64,000 nt of DNA from Minisyncoccota bacterium (GCA_041664465.1 JBAYKP010000004.1:6876-70875), one strand, 5' to 3'. Positions 46,214-55,454 are shown, counted from the first letter of the stretch. The notes: a model not told the origin generated them from the sequence alone. Made by a program: numbers and translations.

Positions 46214-47248
46214 ATGAATATACAAGAATACGTAGATATAAAAGATTATACAACTCTCCGAGTAGGAGGGCAGTTTCGGTATTTTGTTGTTATAGAAAAA
46301 GTAGAAGATTTAGAAAAAGTTTTTTCTTTCGCTAAAGAGAATGATGTAAAAATTTTTATTTTAGGGGGAGGTTCAAACATAGTCTTTTCTGATGGAGTTC
46401 TCGATGTCTTGGCTCTTAAAATAGAAATCAAAGGTTTTGAAATTGTTTCGCAGATAGAAAACTATGTAGATATAAAAGTTGGAGCTGGAGAGGTTTGGGA
46501 TCAAATTGTTTCTCGGACGGTGGGTATGGGTTTGTCAGGGCTTGAATCGTTATCTCTAATTCCTGGAACAGTCGGAGCTAGCCCCGTGCAGAATATAGGA
46601 GCATACGGAGCTGAAGTGAAAGACACTATACTTGAAGTAGAAGTCTATGAAATGAAAACAGGGAAAATATTTAATATTTCAAACCAAGATTGTAAATTTG
46701 GATACAGGGATAGTATTTTCAAAAATGAGATGAGAGGTAAATATGTGATAGTTGGGGTGACATATAGGCTTGATAAAGTGGCTTCATCTAATTTACTTTC
46801 CAAGGCGCTTTCATATCCTGGAATAAAAAGATATTTTATAGAGAATAATATTAATAATCCGACTCTCAAACAGATTCGTGAGACTATTATAGACATCCGT
46901 AGAAGTAAATTACCAAATCCAAAAGAGAAGCCTAATTTAGGTTCATTTTTCAAGAATCCAATAGTATTAAATGAGATAGCCAATAATATAAAGAGGCAAT
47001 ACTCAAATGCCAAATTTTATCCTGTTGATAATAACTATACGAAAATCCCTGCCGGCTGGCTTATAGAAAATGCAGGATTGAAAGGGGAATCCTTCGGTAG
47101 TGTGTCTGTCTATGAAGAGAATGCTCTTGTATTGGTGAATAATGGTAATGCCACCTGCGAGGATATCATTAAAGCCAGAAATGAAATAATAAAAGTTGTA
47201 AAAGAAAAATTTGGAATTGTTCTTGAGCAAGAACCAGAGATAATGTAA
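46214..47248 (+). CDS. murB: UDP-N-acetylenolpyruvoylglucosamine reductase
   Basis: The MurB FAD-binding N-terminus (DYTTLRVGGQFRYFVVIEKVEDLEKV, ILGGGSNIVF) and C-terminal domain are present. The ORF-track start at 46124 adds a hydrophobic, non-conserved extension, so the ATG at 46214 is preferred. Confidence 0.85.
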   Translation: MNIQEYVDIKDYTTLRVGGQFRYFVVIEKVEDLEKVFSFAKENDVKIFILGGGSNIVFSDGVLDVLALKIEIKGFEIVSQIENYVDIKVGAGEVWDQIVSRTVGMGLSGLESLSLIPGTVGASPVQNIGAYGAEVKDTILEVEVYEMKTGKIFNISNQDCKFGYRDSIFKNEMRGKYVIVGVTYRLDKVASSNLLSKALSYPGIKRYFIENNINNPTLKQIRETIIDIRRSKLPNPKEKPNLGSFFKNPIVLNEIANNIKRQYSNAKFYPVDNNYTKIPAGWLIENAGLKGESFGSVSVYEENALVLVNNGNATCEDIIKARNEIIKVVKEKFGIVLEQEPEIM

Positions 47249-47352
47249 TTAAGAATTAATAATTACGAATTAAACTAAAAAATTACAATTAAGAAACGGC
47301 CGTTTCTTAATTGTAAAACGACTAAATTTACAAATTTAGTCGTTTTAGTTTG

Positions 47353-47434
47353 TGCCGGAGGGGAGACTTGAACTCCCAAGTCTTGCGACACGCGATTTTG
47401 AGTCGCGCATGGTTACCAATTTCATCACTCCGGC
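47353..47434 (-). tRNA. tRNA-Leu (anticodon CAA), with long variable arm
   Basis: The reverse complement is GCCGGAGTGATGAAATTGGTAACCATGCGCGACTCAAAATCGCGTGTCGCAAGACTTGGGAGTTCAAGTCTCCCCTCCGGCA. Anticodon stem CGCGA/TCGCG with loop CTCAAAA, and a type-II variable arm. Confidence 0.85.
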
Positions 47435-47490
47435 AATGCTTGTATTCTAACAGAAAAGCCAGAAAAATCAATTTTGAAATTATTCTATAT

Positions 47491-48669
47491 ATGGCGTATA
47501 GTAGATGTATGATTCAGAAACAAAATGATTCCCTTTCATACATAGAAATTTCGAAGGAAAATTTGATACACAATATCAAGCAATTTCGAGGTTTGCTGAA
47601 AAATAAAGAAAATTTAGGAGGCAAGACCAAGATTGCTGTGGTGGTGAAGTCCAATGCTTATGGGCATGGGGATATGGAAGTGGCGAAGATTACGAGTCCT
47701 TATGTGGATTACTTTCAAGTAGATAGTATAGAAGAGGGAGAGAGAGTGAGGGAAGTTACAAAAAAGCCAATTTTAATATTTGGTTACACAAACGATGATG
47801 GAATAAAGAGGGCTATAAAAATAAATGCGATTTTAGCTTGCTTTGATTTCGTACATTTACTTAAGATTAATCACATGGGAGGGGTTTTGAAGAAAAAAGT
47901 AAAAGTCCATCTAGCCATAGATTCTTATCTTGGCCGCGAGGGGATAATGCCTTCGCAAGTAGAGAATATAATTAAAGAAATAAAAAATTTAAAGAATATA
48001 ATTCTAGATGGTGTGTATTCGCATTTTGCAAACATTGAAGATACGATGAATTCCACACATGCAAACAGACAGATAGATACTTACCACAAATGCGTGGAAA
48101 TATTTAGGGAAAATGGCTATGAAAAAATAAATACCCACATCTCTGCTACTTCCGGAATTCTCGTATATGAGAAAGGAGAAAATCTGCACAGTATAGTCCG
48201 TCTTGGTATAGGACTTTATGGCTTGTGGCCAAGTGAGCATCTAGAATATTTGAATAAAAAGAAAATAAATTTGAAGCCAGTCATCAGGTGGGTAACGCAT
48301 GTCGCTCAAGTGAAAGTAATACCTGCCAACTATCCTATTGGTTATGGTCTTACTTATATTACAAAGAAAGCTACCAAGATAGCCGTAATACCCCAAGGTT
48401 ATGCCGATGGGCTTACTCGTCTGATGTCAAACAATGGAGAATTTTTAATCAGAGGTAAGAAGGCCAAGATACTTGGTAGAGTTGCAATGAATATGACAGT
48501 AGTAGATGTCTCAAATATTAAAGATGTAATACCAGAGGAAGAAGTGGTGATAATAGGTACTCAGAATAAGAGAGAGATTACAGTGGAAGATGTAGCTAAA
48601 AGAATGGATACTATAAACTATGAAGTAATTACTAAAATAAGTGCATTATTGCCAAGGGTTATTGTATAG
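47491..48669 (+). CDS. alr: Alanine racemase
   Basis: The PLP motif VVKSNAYGHG and the Alr C-terminal domain are present. The ORF-track start at 47350 overlaps tRNA-Leu, so the ATG at 47491 is preferred. Confidence 0.8.
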   Translation: MAYSRCMIQKQNDSLSYIEISKENLIHNIKQFRGLLKNKENLGGKTKIAVVVKSNAYGHGDMEVAKITSPYVDYFQVDSIEEGERVREVTKKPILIFGYTNDDGIKRAIKINAILACFDFVHLLKINHMGGVLKKKVKVHLAIDSYLGREGIMPSQVENIIKEIKNLKNIILDGVYSHFANIEDTMNSTHANRQIDTYHKCVEIFRENGYEKINTHISATSGILVYEKGENLHSIVRLGIGLYGLWPSEHLEYLNKKKINLKPVIRWVTHVAQVKVIPANYPIGYGLTYITKKATKIAVIPQGYADGLTRLMSNNGEFLIRGKKAKILGRVAMNMTVVDVSNIKDVIPEEEVVIIGTQNKREITVEDVAKRMDTINYEVITKISALLPRVIV

Positions 48670-48793
48670 TTTGTTTTCGAGAAAAGTAGTATAATTTAAT
48701 TATAAGAAAGAGATGTAAGATTTCGTCTTGTGTTTCGTCTTAGTATTTAGAGGTCAAAATTATTAATTAATTAATTTATTAAGATATTATAGT

Positions 48794-49516
48794 ATGAAAA
48801 AATATAAAAAAAGTGAATTGTTTGCAGTTTCTTTAATTTTAGGGATGGCTTTTTATTTACCTGTTAGTCTTGTTAAAGCAGAAACTGTAAAAGAAAGTAA
48901 TAATAACGTTCAAATTAATTCTAATGGTGAAGAAGATAATAATTTAGAAGATGTAAAGAGTAAAGATAACAACAGTGAGGATAATCAAGGAGATAATGAA
49001 GATAATCAAAAAGAAATTAAAAATCAGCAAGGAGACAACGAAGCAGATAATCAAAAAGATCAGAATGATGATCAAGATGAAGATAATCAATTTGATGGAC
49101 AAGAACACTTGGGGGTTATGGCTGACTCAGTCTCTAATCTTTTAGAGGTGGCAGATAAAGAAGATGGCGAAGTTAGTGATAAAATTAAAGAAATAGCCAA
49201 AGAACAAGATCTTAATAAGGATGAAGTTTCTAAGGAGATAGATCAAATTCACAATAGAAGTAAATTTAAAATATTTTTAATTGGTACAGATTATGAAAAT
49301 ATTGGTCAATTAAGAAGTGAAATGGTGAAAATTAGTGATCAGATTGACCAACTTAATGGATTGTTAGATCAAACAAAAAAAGCAGAGAATAAAACAGTTA
49401 TCCAAGAGCAAGTTAAAGTTCTAGAACAAGAACAGCAAAAGATTGGGGATTTGCTTGTCAGTAATGAGAGTAAGTTTAGTCTATTCGGCTGGTTTATGAA
49501 AATGTTTAGTAAGTAA
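48794..49516 (+). CDS. Secreted acidic low-complexity protein (signal peptide, D/E/N/Q-rich region, coiled coil)
   Basis: 240 aa. An N-terminal hydrophobic signal, DN/Q-rich repeats and a C-terminal coiled coil. Confidence 0.35.
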   Translation: MKKYKKSELFAVSLILGMAFYLPVSLVKAETVKESNNNVQINSNGEEDNNLEDVKSKDNNSEDNQGDNEDNQKEIKNQQGDNEADNQKDQNDDQDEDNQFDGQEHLGVMADSVSNLLEVADKEDGEVSDKIKEIAKEQDLNKDEVSKEIDQIHNRSKFKIFLIGTDYENIGQLRSEMVKISDQIDQLNGLLDQTKKAENKTVIQEQVKVLEQEQQKIGDLLVSNESKFSLFGWFMKMFSK

Positions 49517-49547
49517 TTTAATCGATATTTACAATACATAAACTAAG

Positions 49548-49576
49548 TTGCATTTTTAAGAGTTTTGTAGTATTAT
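49548..49576 (+). promoter_or_regulatory. Sigma70-like promoter for rpmG: TTGCAT, 17-nt spacer, TATTAT, ending 7 nt before the ATG (leaderless-type)
   Basis: -35 at 49548-49553 and -10 at 49571-49576. The ATG is at 49584. Confidence 0.45.
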
Positions 49577-49583
49577 ACGCATT

Positions 49584-49742
49584 ATGTCACAAGATAGACT
49601 TTTCAAATTAGGCTGTACTAAATGCAAGCGCATTAACTACTGGTCAAGCAAAAACAAGAAACTCGTCACTAAAAAGATCGAGCTTAAGAAGTATTGCAAA
49701 TGGTGCAAAATTAATACTAAACACAAAGAAATGAAAAAATAA
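49584..49742 (+). CDS. rpmG: 50S ribosomal protein L33 (52 aa, below the ORF-track length cutoff)
   Basis: The translation MSQDRLFKLGCTKCKRINYWSSKNKKLVTKKIELKKYCKWCKINTKHKEMKK matches the L33 zinc-ribbon consensus (C.ECK.RNY....N......LELKKYC..C...T.HKE). Confidence 0.85.
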   Translation: MSQDRLFKLGCTKCKRINYWSSKNKKLVTKKIELKKYCKWCKINTKHKEMKK

Positions 49743-49743
49743 A

Positions 49744-49769
49744 ACCCTGCAAAGGGTTTTATTTTTTAA
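49744..49769 (+). terminator. Rho-independent terminator after rpmG
   Basis: Stem aaccct/agggtt with loop gcaa, followed by ttttatttttt. Confidence 0.7.
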
Positions 49770-49775
49770 TGTATA

Positions 49776-50000
49776 TGTGGGCGATGGAGGGGAACCGCGA
49801 GTACGCTTTCGGTCACAAGTATTTTTCTGCTGAAAAATCTCGCGACCCCGACTCGGCTCGTCAGCCTCCGTCTTCCGATTCCTCCATCTAAAAAATCTAT
49901 GATACTATCATAGATTTTTTCCTGCGGGCGATGGAGGAATCGGACCCCCGCCAAAGCGTTTGGAGTGCTTTGTACTACCATTATACTAATCGCCCTTGTG
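49776..50000. ncRNA. GC-rich structured element of unknown class (candidate small RNA or repeat)
   Basis: A local GC rise. The motif gggcgatggagg occurs twice (49789, 49927). A 15-bp stem tccgattcctccatc/gatggaggaatcgga encloses the 31-bp AT palindrome aaaaaatctatgata-c-tatcatagatttttt. An alternative pairing of cctccatc with the upstream gatggagg is possible. gggcgat near 49788 and atcgccc near 49990 are complementary. Confidence 0.35.
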
Positions 50001-50021
50001 GATTTGAGTATACTATAAATC

Positions 50022-51029
50022 TTATTTATTTTCCAGTCTTTTCTTTGCATTCAAAAACTTCTTTATTTCTCTCAGAGCCTTAGTTTTTTCTGTATTTTTT
50101 CTTGGGTCTATCCAAAGAGTATTGGGGTCGCGTTTGAACCAAGTCTTTTGACGTTTAGCAAAATGCCAAATTTCTGTATAGAGTTTTTCTATCATTTCAT
50201 TCTTCGCCTGCCGTAGCCTTAGCGAAGGCAGGTTTTTTATCTTTTGCAGATATAGTGCTACATATCTGTATTCTAATCCCAAAGCATTTAGTCTTTTCCA
50301 AGATACTCCACTTTTATGCAAATTTTCCACCTCTTTTATCATTCCTTTTTTCATACGGGCGAGTAGGCGAGTCTTGATTCTTTCTTTAAGAATTTCCGGT
50401 GGTAGAGTCAACCCAATTTTTAAAACTTCAAACTTATTACTGGATACAAACTCTGCCATGGCAGAGTTTGTATCCTTTGGTCCTAAGCGTGGCTTATGAC
50501 CGAGAGGGGGAACTTTACCTATTGCGGTAGCTATCTCGATAGCACGGATTAATCGCACAGGATTATTGGTATCAATATTTTTGACTCGGTTTTTATCTAA
50601 TTTTATTAAAATTTTAAGAAGTTCTCCCGCAGACTTTTTAGAAAGTTCTTCTCTGAGCTTTTTATTTGGGGGAACATTTGGGAATACAGTTCCATTTACT
50701 ATTGCATCTATGTAGAAACCTGTACCTCCACAGATTATTGGTACTTTGCCCCTACTAATAATTTCTTCTATTTTTTTAAACGCCATTTTTTGAAATTCAT
50801 TTACAGTAAAAACTTTAGATGGAGAATATATATCAAGTAAATGATGTGGAATCCCTCTCATTTCTTTCTTTGTAATTTTCCCTGTACCCAAATTCATTCC
50901 TTTATATACCTGTCTAGAATCAGCAGAAATTATCTCGCCGTTTATTTTCTTAGCAATTTCTACGGCAAGGTCACTCTTCCCAGTGGAAGTTTGACCTAAT
51001 ACAACAATGATCTTATCCATATTTCGCAT
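50022..51029 (-). CDS. miaA: tRNA dimethylallyltransferase
   Basis: 335 aa with P-loop VVLGQTSTGKSDLAVEIAKK, ISADSRQVYKGM and the MiaA core. An embedded palindrome encodes DTNSAMAEFVS. Confidence 0.88.
   Translation of the reverse strand: MRNMDKIIVVLGQTSTGKSDLAVEIAKKINGEIISADSRQVYKGMNLGTGKITKKEMRGIPHHLLDIYSPSKVFTVNEFQKMAFKKIEEIISRGKVPIICGGTGFYIDAIVNGTVFPNVPPNKKLREELSKKSAGELLKILIKLDKNRVKNIDTNNPVRLIRAIEIATAIGKVPPLGHKPRLGPKDTNSAMAEFVSSNKFEVLKIGLTLPPEILKERIKTRLLARMKKGMIKEVENLHKSGVSWKRLNALGLEYRYVALYLQKIKNLPSLRLRQAKNEMIEKLYTEIWHFAKRQKTWFKRDPNTLWIDPRKNTEKTKALREIKKFLNAKKRLENK
50442..50475. repeat. 34-bp perfect palindrome ggatacaaactctgccatggcagagtttgtatcc inside miaA (second copy)
   Basis: It differs from the uvrC copy by one symmetric base pair and encodes the identical peptide DTNSAMAEFVS on the minus strand. 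Confidence 0.9.
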
Positions 51030-51052
51030 ATTAGCACATTTTATGATAATAT

Positions 51053-51364
51053 ATGAGAATTATGGGATTCAAATCATATATAACAAAAAAGGTCCTTCAA
51101 ATGAAGGGCATGTCTGCTGAACAGGCAGAGAAGATGGCGAAACAGCTTGAAGATAATCCAGAGATCACCAATAGTCTAAAAGCTTTAGAGAGCAACAAAG
51201 AAGTCAAAGAACTCTTTGAGAAAATTACAAAAGAAATAGAAGAGAAGAAGAAAGCCGGCACTGCCGAGCAGTATGCGGCTATCCTCGTGATGAATAAATA
51301 CAAAGCAGAAATTATGAAGCATCGCGAAGCCCTCGCTCCACTTATGAGTCTGATGCAAAAGTAA
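51053..51364 (+). CDS. Hypothetical small helical protein
   Basis: 103-aa ORF, K/E-rich, with no recognisable motif. Confidence 0.3.
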   Translation: MRIMGFKSYITKKVLQMKGMSAEQAEKMAKQLEDNPEITNSLKALESNKEVKELFEKITKEIEEKKKAGTAEQYAAILVMNKYKAEIMKHREALAPLMSLMQK

Positions 51365-51390
51365 TTTTATTTTTGATATTTTTTCTAAGT

Positions 51391-52611
51391 TTAAATCGCT
51401 TCTGCTAGATCTACATCACTATGATCTATCGGTTTCTTGTTCTTGTAAGTTTTGTAAATAAATATGAAAGTAATTATTAGGATTATAAAGGCACATACGA
51501 ATGGTAGTGGAGCAGATATGGCATAGACAGCTCCTCCTAGGAGAGGTCCCAAAATCATAGACAGAGACATTAGAGAAGAGAGAATGCCCATCATTTCTCC
51601 TTGCTCCTTTTTGTCTGAGAATCCAATTATTTGGCTGTTCATTACGACTCGTAAAGTAGAATTACAAAATGCAGTGATTATCAATCCGAACAAGAAAGCA
51701 AATTTGAAAGGCATAGCCATTATCAAGTATCCAATAGCGAAAGGAACGAGCATCCAGACCATCAAGAATGATTCTTTAAAATATTTGAGCCAGACTTTAC
51801 GAATCATAAAAGCTTGATTGAGAGAAATTATCACTCCTACTAAAGTCATAATTAAGCCGGAAGCTATAACTGTCCAGGAGAATACGCGTGTGATGTATAA
51901 AGCAAAAATTGACTGATTGAGAGAAGTAGCAATACCAAAGAAAAGCCACGCTAGATATAGAGGCAGAATATTTTTATTCTTGAAAGCTTTGATGATAGGA
52001 TTAAATGGATTGAGAGAAATTTTGCCAGTGTTTCTATTGTGGTTTGTCTCTGGCAAGAAGAAATAAGCAAGGATCGTATTTAAAGTTGCCATTATGCCGA
52101 CAACAATGAAAGGCAACTTCATACTAACGCTTGAGAGGACTCCACCGACAAGTGGACCAATAATAAAACTTATACCGAAGACGGCACCGATTAGTCCGAA
52201 ATTTTTAGTTCTATCTTTCTGGTCTTTAGAAATATCTACGAGATAATTCTGAGCAGTAGAAATATTCCCAGCCGCCGAGCCGTCGATTATTCGCCCTAAG
52301 AAAAGCCCAAAAATAGTTTTTGAAAAAGCAAAGATAAGCCAGCCGACGGCACTAGAAGCTAGACTCACTAGCAAGACGGGACGTCGGCCCTTTCTGTCTG
52401 AAATCATCCCAAGTATCGGGGCACTGAAAAATGCAAAAAGAGAAAATACCGCGAAAAGTAAAGTGACGACAATATCTGGGACATTGAATGATTCTACATA
52501 GTAGGGAAGGATAGGAATAATAAGTCCAATACCTAAGACGTCCAGAAAGACAGTAGACAGTATGATTATTTTCGGTGAAATATTAAATTTGTTTTGGAAC
52601 TTTTTTATCAT
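51391..52611 (-). CDS. MFS transporter (drug:H+ antiporter-like)
   Basis: 406 aa, about 12 transmembrane helices, and MFS motif A GMISDRKGRRPVLL. Confidence 0.8.
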   Translation of the reverse strand: MIKKFQNKFNISPKIIILSTVFLDVLGIGLIIPILPYYVESFNVPDIVVTLLFAVFSLFAFFSAPILGMISDRKGRRPVLLVSLASSAVGWLIFAFSKTIFGLFLGRIIDGSAAGNISTAQNYLVDISKDQKDRTKNFGLIGAVFGISFIIGPLVGGVLSSVSMKLPFIVVGIMATLNTILAYFFLPETNHNRNTGKISLNPFNPIIKAFKNKNILPLYLAWLFFGIATSLNQSIFALYITRVFSWTVIASGLIMTLVGVIISLNQAFMIRKVWLKYFKESFLMVWMLVPFAIGYLIMAMPFKFAFLFGLIITAFCNSTLRVVMNSQIIGFSDKKEQGEMMGILSSLMSLSMILGPLLGGAVYAISAPLPFVCAFIILIITFIFIYKTYKNKKPIDHSDVDLAEAI

Positions 52612-52687
52612 TTATCCAGTTTATCATATTTATCTTATTCTCTATAATTCTTTATTTTTAACTCAAAATTTGGTAGAGTCTATATAT

Positions 52688-53800
52688 ATGTCATTATCAA
52701 TCGGAATCGTCGGCTTGCCAAACGTCGGGAAATCAACCTTATTCAACGCTCTTACGAAGAAGGGTGTGCCTTGCGAGAATTATCCATTTTGTACCATAGA
52801 CCCATCTGTCGGTGTTGTGGCTGTGCCTGATGATCGTATTTGGAAGCTTAGAGAATTTTCTAAATCAGCGAAGACGATACCCGCAGTTATAGAATTCGTA
52901 GATATCGCAGGGCTGGTCAAAGGCGCATCAGAAGGTGAAGGACTTGGCAATAAATTCTTGGCAAATATTCGTGAGGTGGATGCCATACTTGAAATGGTAA
53001 GAATTTTCCCATTGAAGAGTGACAGTGGCAATGAGATACTCCACGTGATGGGAGACATAGATCCACTGCGAGATATTGAAATAATAAATCTAGAGCTTAT
53101 ATTGGCTGACTTGGAGACTGTAATAAAAAGGAAAAATAATATTGTCAAAGAAGTAAGAAAAGGAGACAAAGAATTTGTTTTAGAAGATGAAGCTCTTGCG
53201 AAATTGATTCCAGTTCTTGAAGCAGACCATCTTGCGAACACGGTAGACTTTAATGAAAAAGAATTAGAGAAAGTTAAACAGTTGGGGCTATTGTCTATGA
53301 AGCCATTTATATATGGACTTAATAAAAGAGCCGGGTCAGAGAATCTTGATACAGCCAATCCTGAAATTTTCAAAGAGCTGACAGATTATATAGAAAGTAT
53401 GGGTTCAAGGTTCGTGGTGATAGATGCAAAAGTTGAAGATGAGCTTAAAGATTTTGAAGGTGAAGAAAAAGAGATGTTTAGAAAGGAATTAGGAGGAGAA
53501 GATGATGGAATAAACAGTTTAATAACAGAAGGGTATAAACTCCTAGGTCTTGATACTTACTTTACAACAGGAGAGGATGAAACAAGAGCTTGGACTATTA
53601 AGAAAGGTAGTACGGCCCCTGTGGCCGGTATGGCTATTCACACTGACTTTAAAGATAAATTCATCCGTGCCGAAGTCGTCTTTTGGAAAGACTTACTTGA
53701 GGCTGGTAGCTATGCCGAAGCCCGTGCCAAAGGAAAAGTCCGCACCGAAGGCAAGGATTATATAGTGAAGAATGGGGATGTCATAGAATTCAAAATTTAA
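52688..53800 (+). CDS. ychF: Ribosome-binding ATPase YchF (Obg family)
   Basis: MSLSIGIVGLPNVGKSTLFNALT, a C-terminal TGS domain, and the usual YchF length of about 363 aa. The ORF-track start at 52562 overlaps the MFS gene, so the ATG at 52688 is preferred. Confidence 0.9.
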   Translation: MSLSIGIVGLPNVGKSTLFNALTKKGVPCENYPFCTIDPSVGVVAVPDDRIWKLREFSKSAKTIPAVIEFVDIAGLVKGASEGEGLGNKFLANIREVDAILEMVRIFPLKSDSGNEILHVMGDIDPLRDIEIINLELILADLETVIKRKNNIVKEVRKGDKEFVLEDEALAKLIPVLEADHLANTVDFNEKELEKVKQLGLLSMKPFIYGLNKRAGSENLDTANPEIFKELTDYIESMGSRFVVIDAKVEDELKDFEGEEKEMFRKELGGEDDGINSLITEGYKLLGLDTYFTTGEDETRAWTIKKGSTAPVAGMAIHTDFKDKFIRAEVVFWKDLLEAGSYAEARAKGKVRTEGKDYIVKNGDVIEFKI

Positions 53801-53804
53801 ATAT

Positions 53805-54914
53805 ATGTTTAAACGAATTTACTTTTTCTTTTTTACTTATATGGCAGCAATGTTTTTCTCTCAAACATTGATTGTCTTTTGGTTATCTAAAAATGGTTTT
53901 GATTTTTCTCATATTATAATTTTTTTCGTTACTTCTTACATAGTAGCTCTCATTGGTATTTTTGTTTTATCAAAAATAAAAATGAATTTGAAACCCACCA
54001 TTTTACTAGGGGTACTTTTGAGTGCATTAAGTGTTGCAGTTTTAATAAAAATATTTAGTGTGTATCAATTATATTTTTCTGCTATTCTTACAGGATTTAA
54101 TGTTATTTTCTTTTGGATCCCTTATAATATTATGCATTTTAAGTTTAGCAACGAAGACAAAAGAGGGCTCAATAGCGGGATTTATTTTTTAGCTACTCCT
54201 ATTATAAGTATGACCTTACAGCCCTTGGCTGGTCTAGTGGCAGAAAAATTTGGATTTGAAACTATGTTTTTCATTGGCATAGCTATGTATCTTATACCAA
54301 TCTTTTTAATTAGATTTTTACCAAGCTTTGAAATAAAATTAAATATTATAAAAGAATTTCGAGAAAACAAATTTAATTGGTCTACTTTTTTTCAAGGATT
54401 TGCTTCTAGGGTAAATTGGACGCTTATTCCAATATTTACTTTATTTTTTATTAAATCACCTAAGGCCTTCGGTAGTTTTTTTGGATATTTAGCAATTATT
54501 ACTGCTATAACTTCTTTATTTAATGCAGCAATATCCGACAAGATGAAAAATAGAAAAGTATTTTTCTATTTGTTTACTTCTATCGCTGTTTTAAGTTTAG
54601 TGCCGTTAGCTTTTGTAGAAAACATTTATTATTGGGCTATTTTTGCTGGCATCACTAGTATGTGTATGTATTTAGCTAATCCTTTTTGGCTTGCGTTTAA
54701 TCTGGATTATTATAAGGAGATAGGAGTAGAAAAAACAATAATTTTAAGAGAGGTCTTTCTAAATGCGGGATATATTGTAGCCTTATTGATAGCAATTTTA
54801 ATTTTCTGTATCACTTCCTCTACGAAGATAAGCTTATTGGTTGTCTCTTTGATAGCTTGTATTTTGCCATTGGCCTCTTATTTGCAAGGAGTTTATAAGA
54901 ATAAAAATATTTGA
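53805..54914 (+). CDS. Polytopic membrane protein (possible transporter)
   Basis: 369 aa and about 10-12 hydrophobic helices, with no clear family motif. Confidence 0.35.
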   Translation: MFKRIYFFFFTYMAAMFFSQTLIVFWLSKNGFDFSHIIIFFVTSYIVALIGIFVLSKIKMNLKPTILLGVLLSALSVAVLIKIFSVYQLYFSAILTGFNVIFFWIPYNIMHFKFSNEDKRGLNSGIYFLATPIISMTLQPLAGLVAEKFGFETMFFIGIAMYLIPIFLIRFLPSFEIKLNIIKEFRENKFNWSTFFQGFASRVNWTLIPIFTLFFIKSPKAFGSFFGYLAIITAITSLFNAAISDKMKNRKVFFYLFTSIAVLSLVPLAFVENIYYWAIFAGITSMCMYLANPFWLAFNLDYYKEIGVEKTIILREVFLNAGYIVALLIAILIFCITSSTKISLLVVSLIACILPLASYLQGVYKNKNI

Positions 54915-55444
54915 TTATGAAAAATAATTTACAAAAATATGCAAAAATTCTTAAAAATGGCGGAGTGGGGGTCATACCTACGGATACTTTGTATGGATTG
55001 GTGGGGAGTGCATTTTCTAAGAAAGCGATAAATAGGATTTATAAAATTAAAAAAAGAAATAAAAGCAAGAAATTAATAATTTTAATTTCTTCATTAAGCG
55101 ATTTAGAAAAATTTAAGATAAAAATTAGTGAAGAAGAGGCCAAAATTTTGGAAAAATTTTGGCCGGGGGAAGTCAGTATTATCCTGAATGATACAGCTTT
55201 TAGATTTCCAAAGAAAAAGTCTTTATTAGAAATTTTGAAATGTACAGGTCCACTTGTCGCCCCAAGTGTAAATAGAGAATGTGAAAAGCCAGCAGAAAAT
55301 ATCAAGCAAGCAAAAGGATATTTTGGGGATACTGTAGATTTTTATTTACCAGGCGGAATTTTAAAATCTGAGCCTTCTACTTTAATAAGAATAAAAAATG
55401 GCAATATTGAGGTATTGCGACAAGGAAAGGTTTTTTTGGTATAA
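54911..55444 (+). CDS. tsaC: L-threonylcarbamoyladenylate synthase (YrdC/TsaC family)
   Basis: 177 aa. GGVGVIPTDTLYGLVGSAF and the YrdC fold. Confidence 0.8.
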   Translation: MIMKNNLQKYAKILKNGGVGVIPTDTLYGLVGSAFSKKAINRIYKIKKRNKSKKLIILISSLSDLEKFKIKISEEEAKILEKFWPGEVSIILNDTAFRFPKKKSLLEILKCTGPLVAPSVNRECEKPAENIKQAKGYFGDTVDFYLPGGILKSEPSTLIRIKNGNIEVLRQGKVFLV

Positions 55445-55454
55445 TAAAGCCATT

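Noticed and set aside
49776-50000. Considered as SRP (4.5S) RNA, tmRNA, RNase P RNA or 6S RNA.
   Set aside because: It has no GGAA-capped helix-8 motif, no tag-peptide reading frame ending in Ala-Ala-stop, no P4-like GGAAAGUCCGGGCUCC element, and no TPsiC-like arm. The apex of the main hairpin is an AT palindrome rather than a conserved loop.
49766-50050. Minus-strand 94-aa ORF covering the GC-rich structured element.
   Set aside because: It coincides with nested perfect palindromes and has arginine-rich composition typical of translated GC-rich hairpins. It is more likely non-coding.
52780-53373. Minus-strand 197-aa ORF inside ychF.
   Set aside because: It is antisense to the conserved YchF GTPase and S-rich low-complexity.
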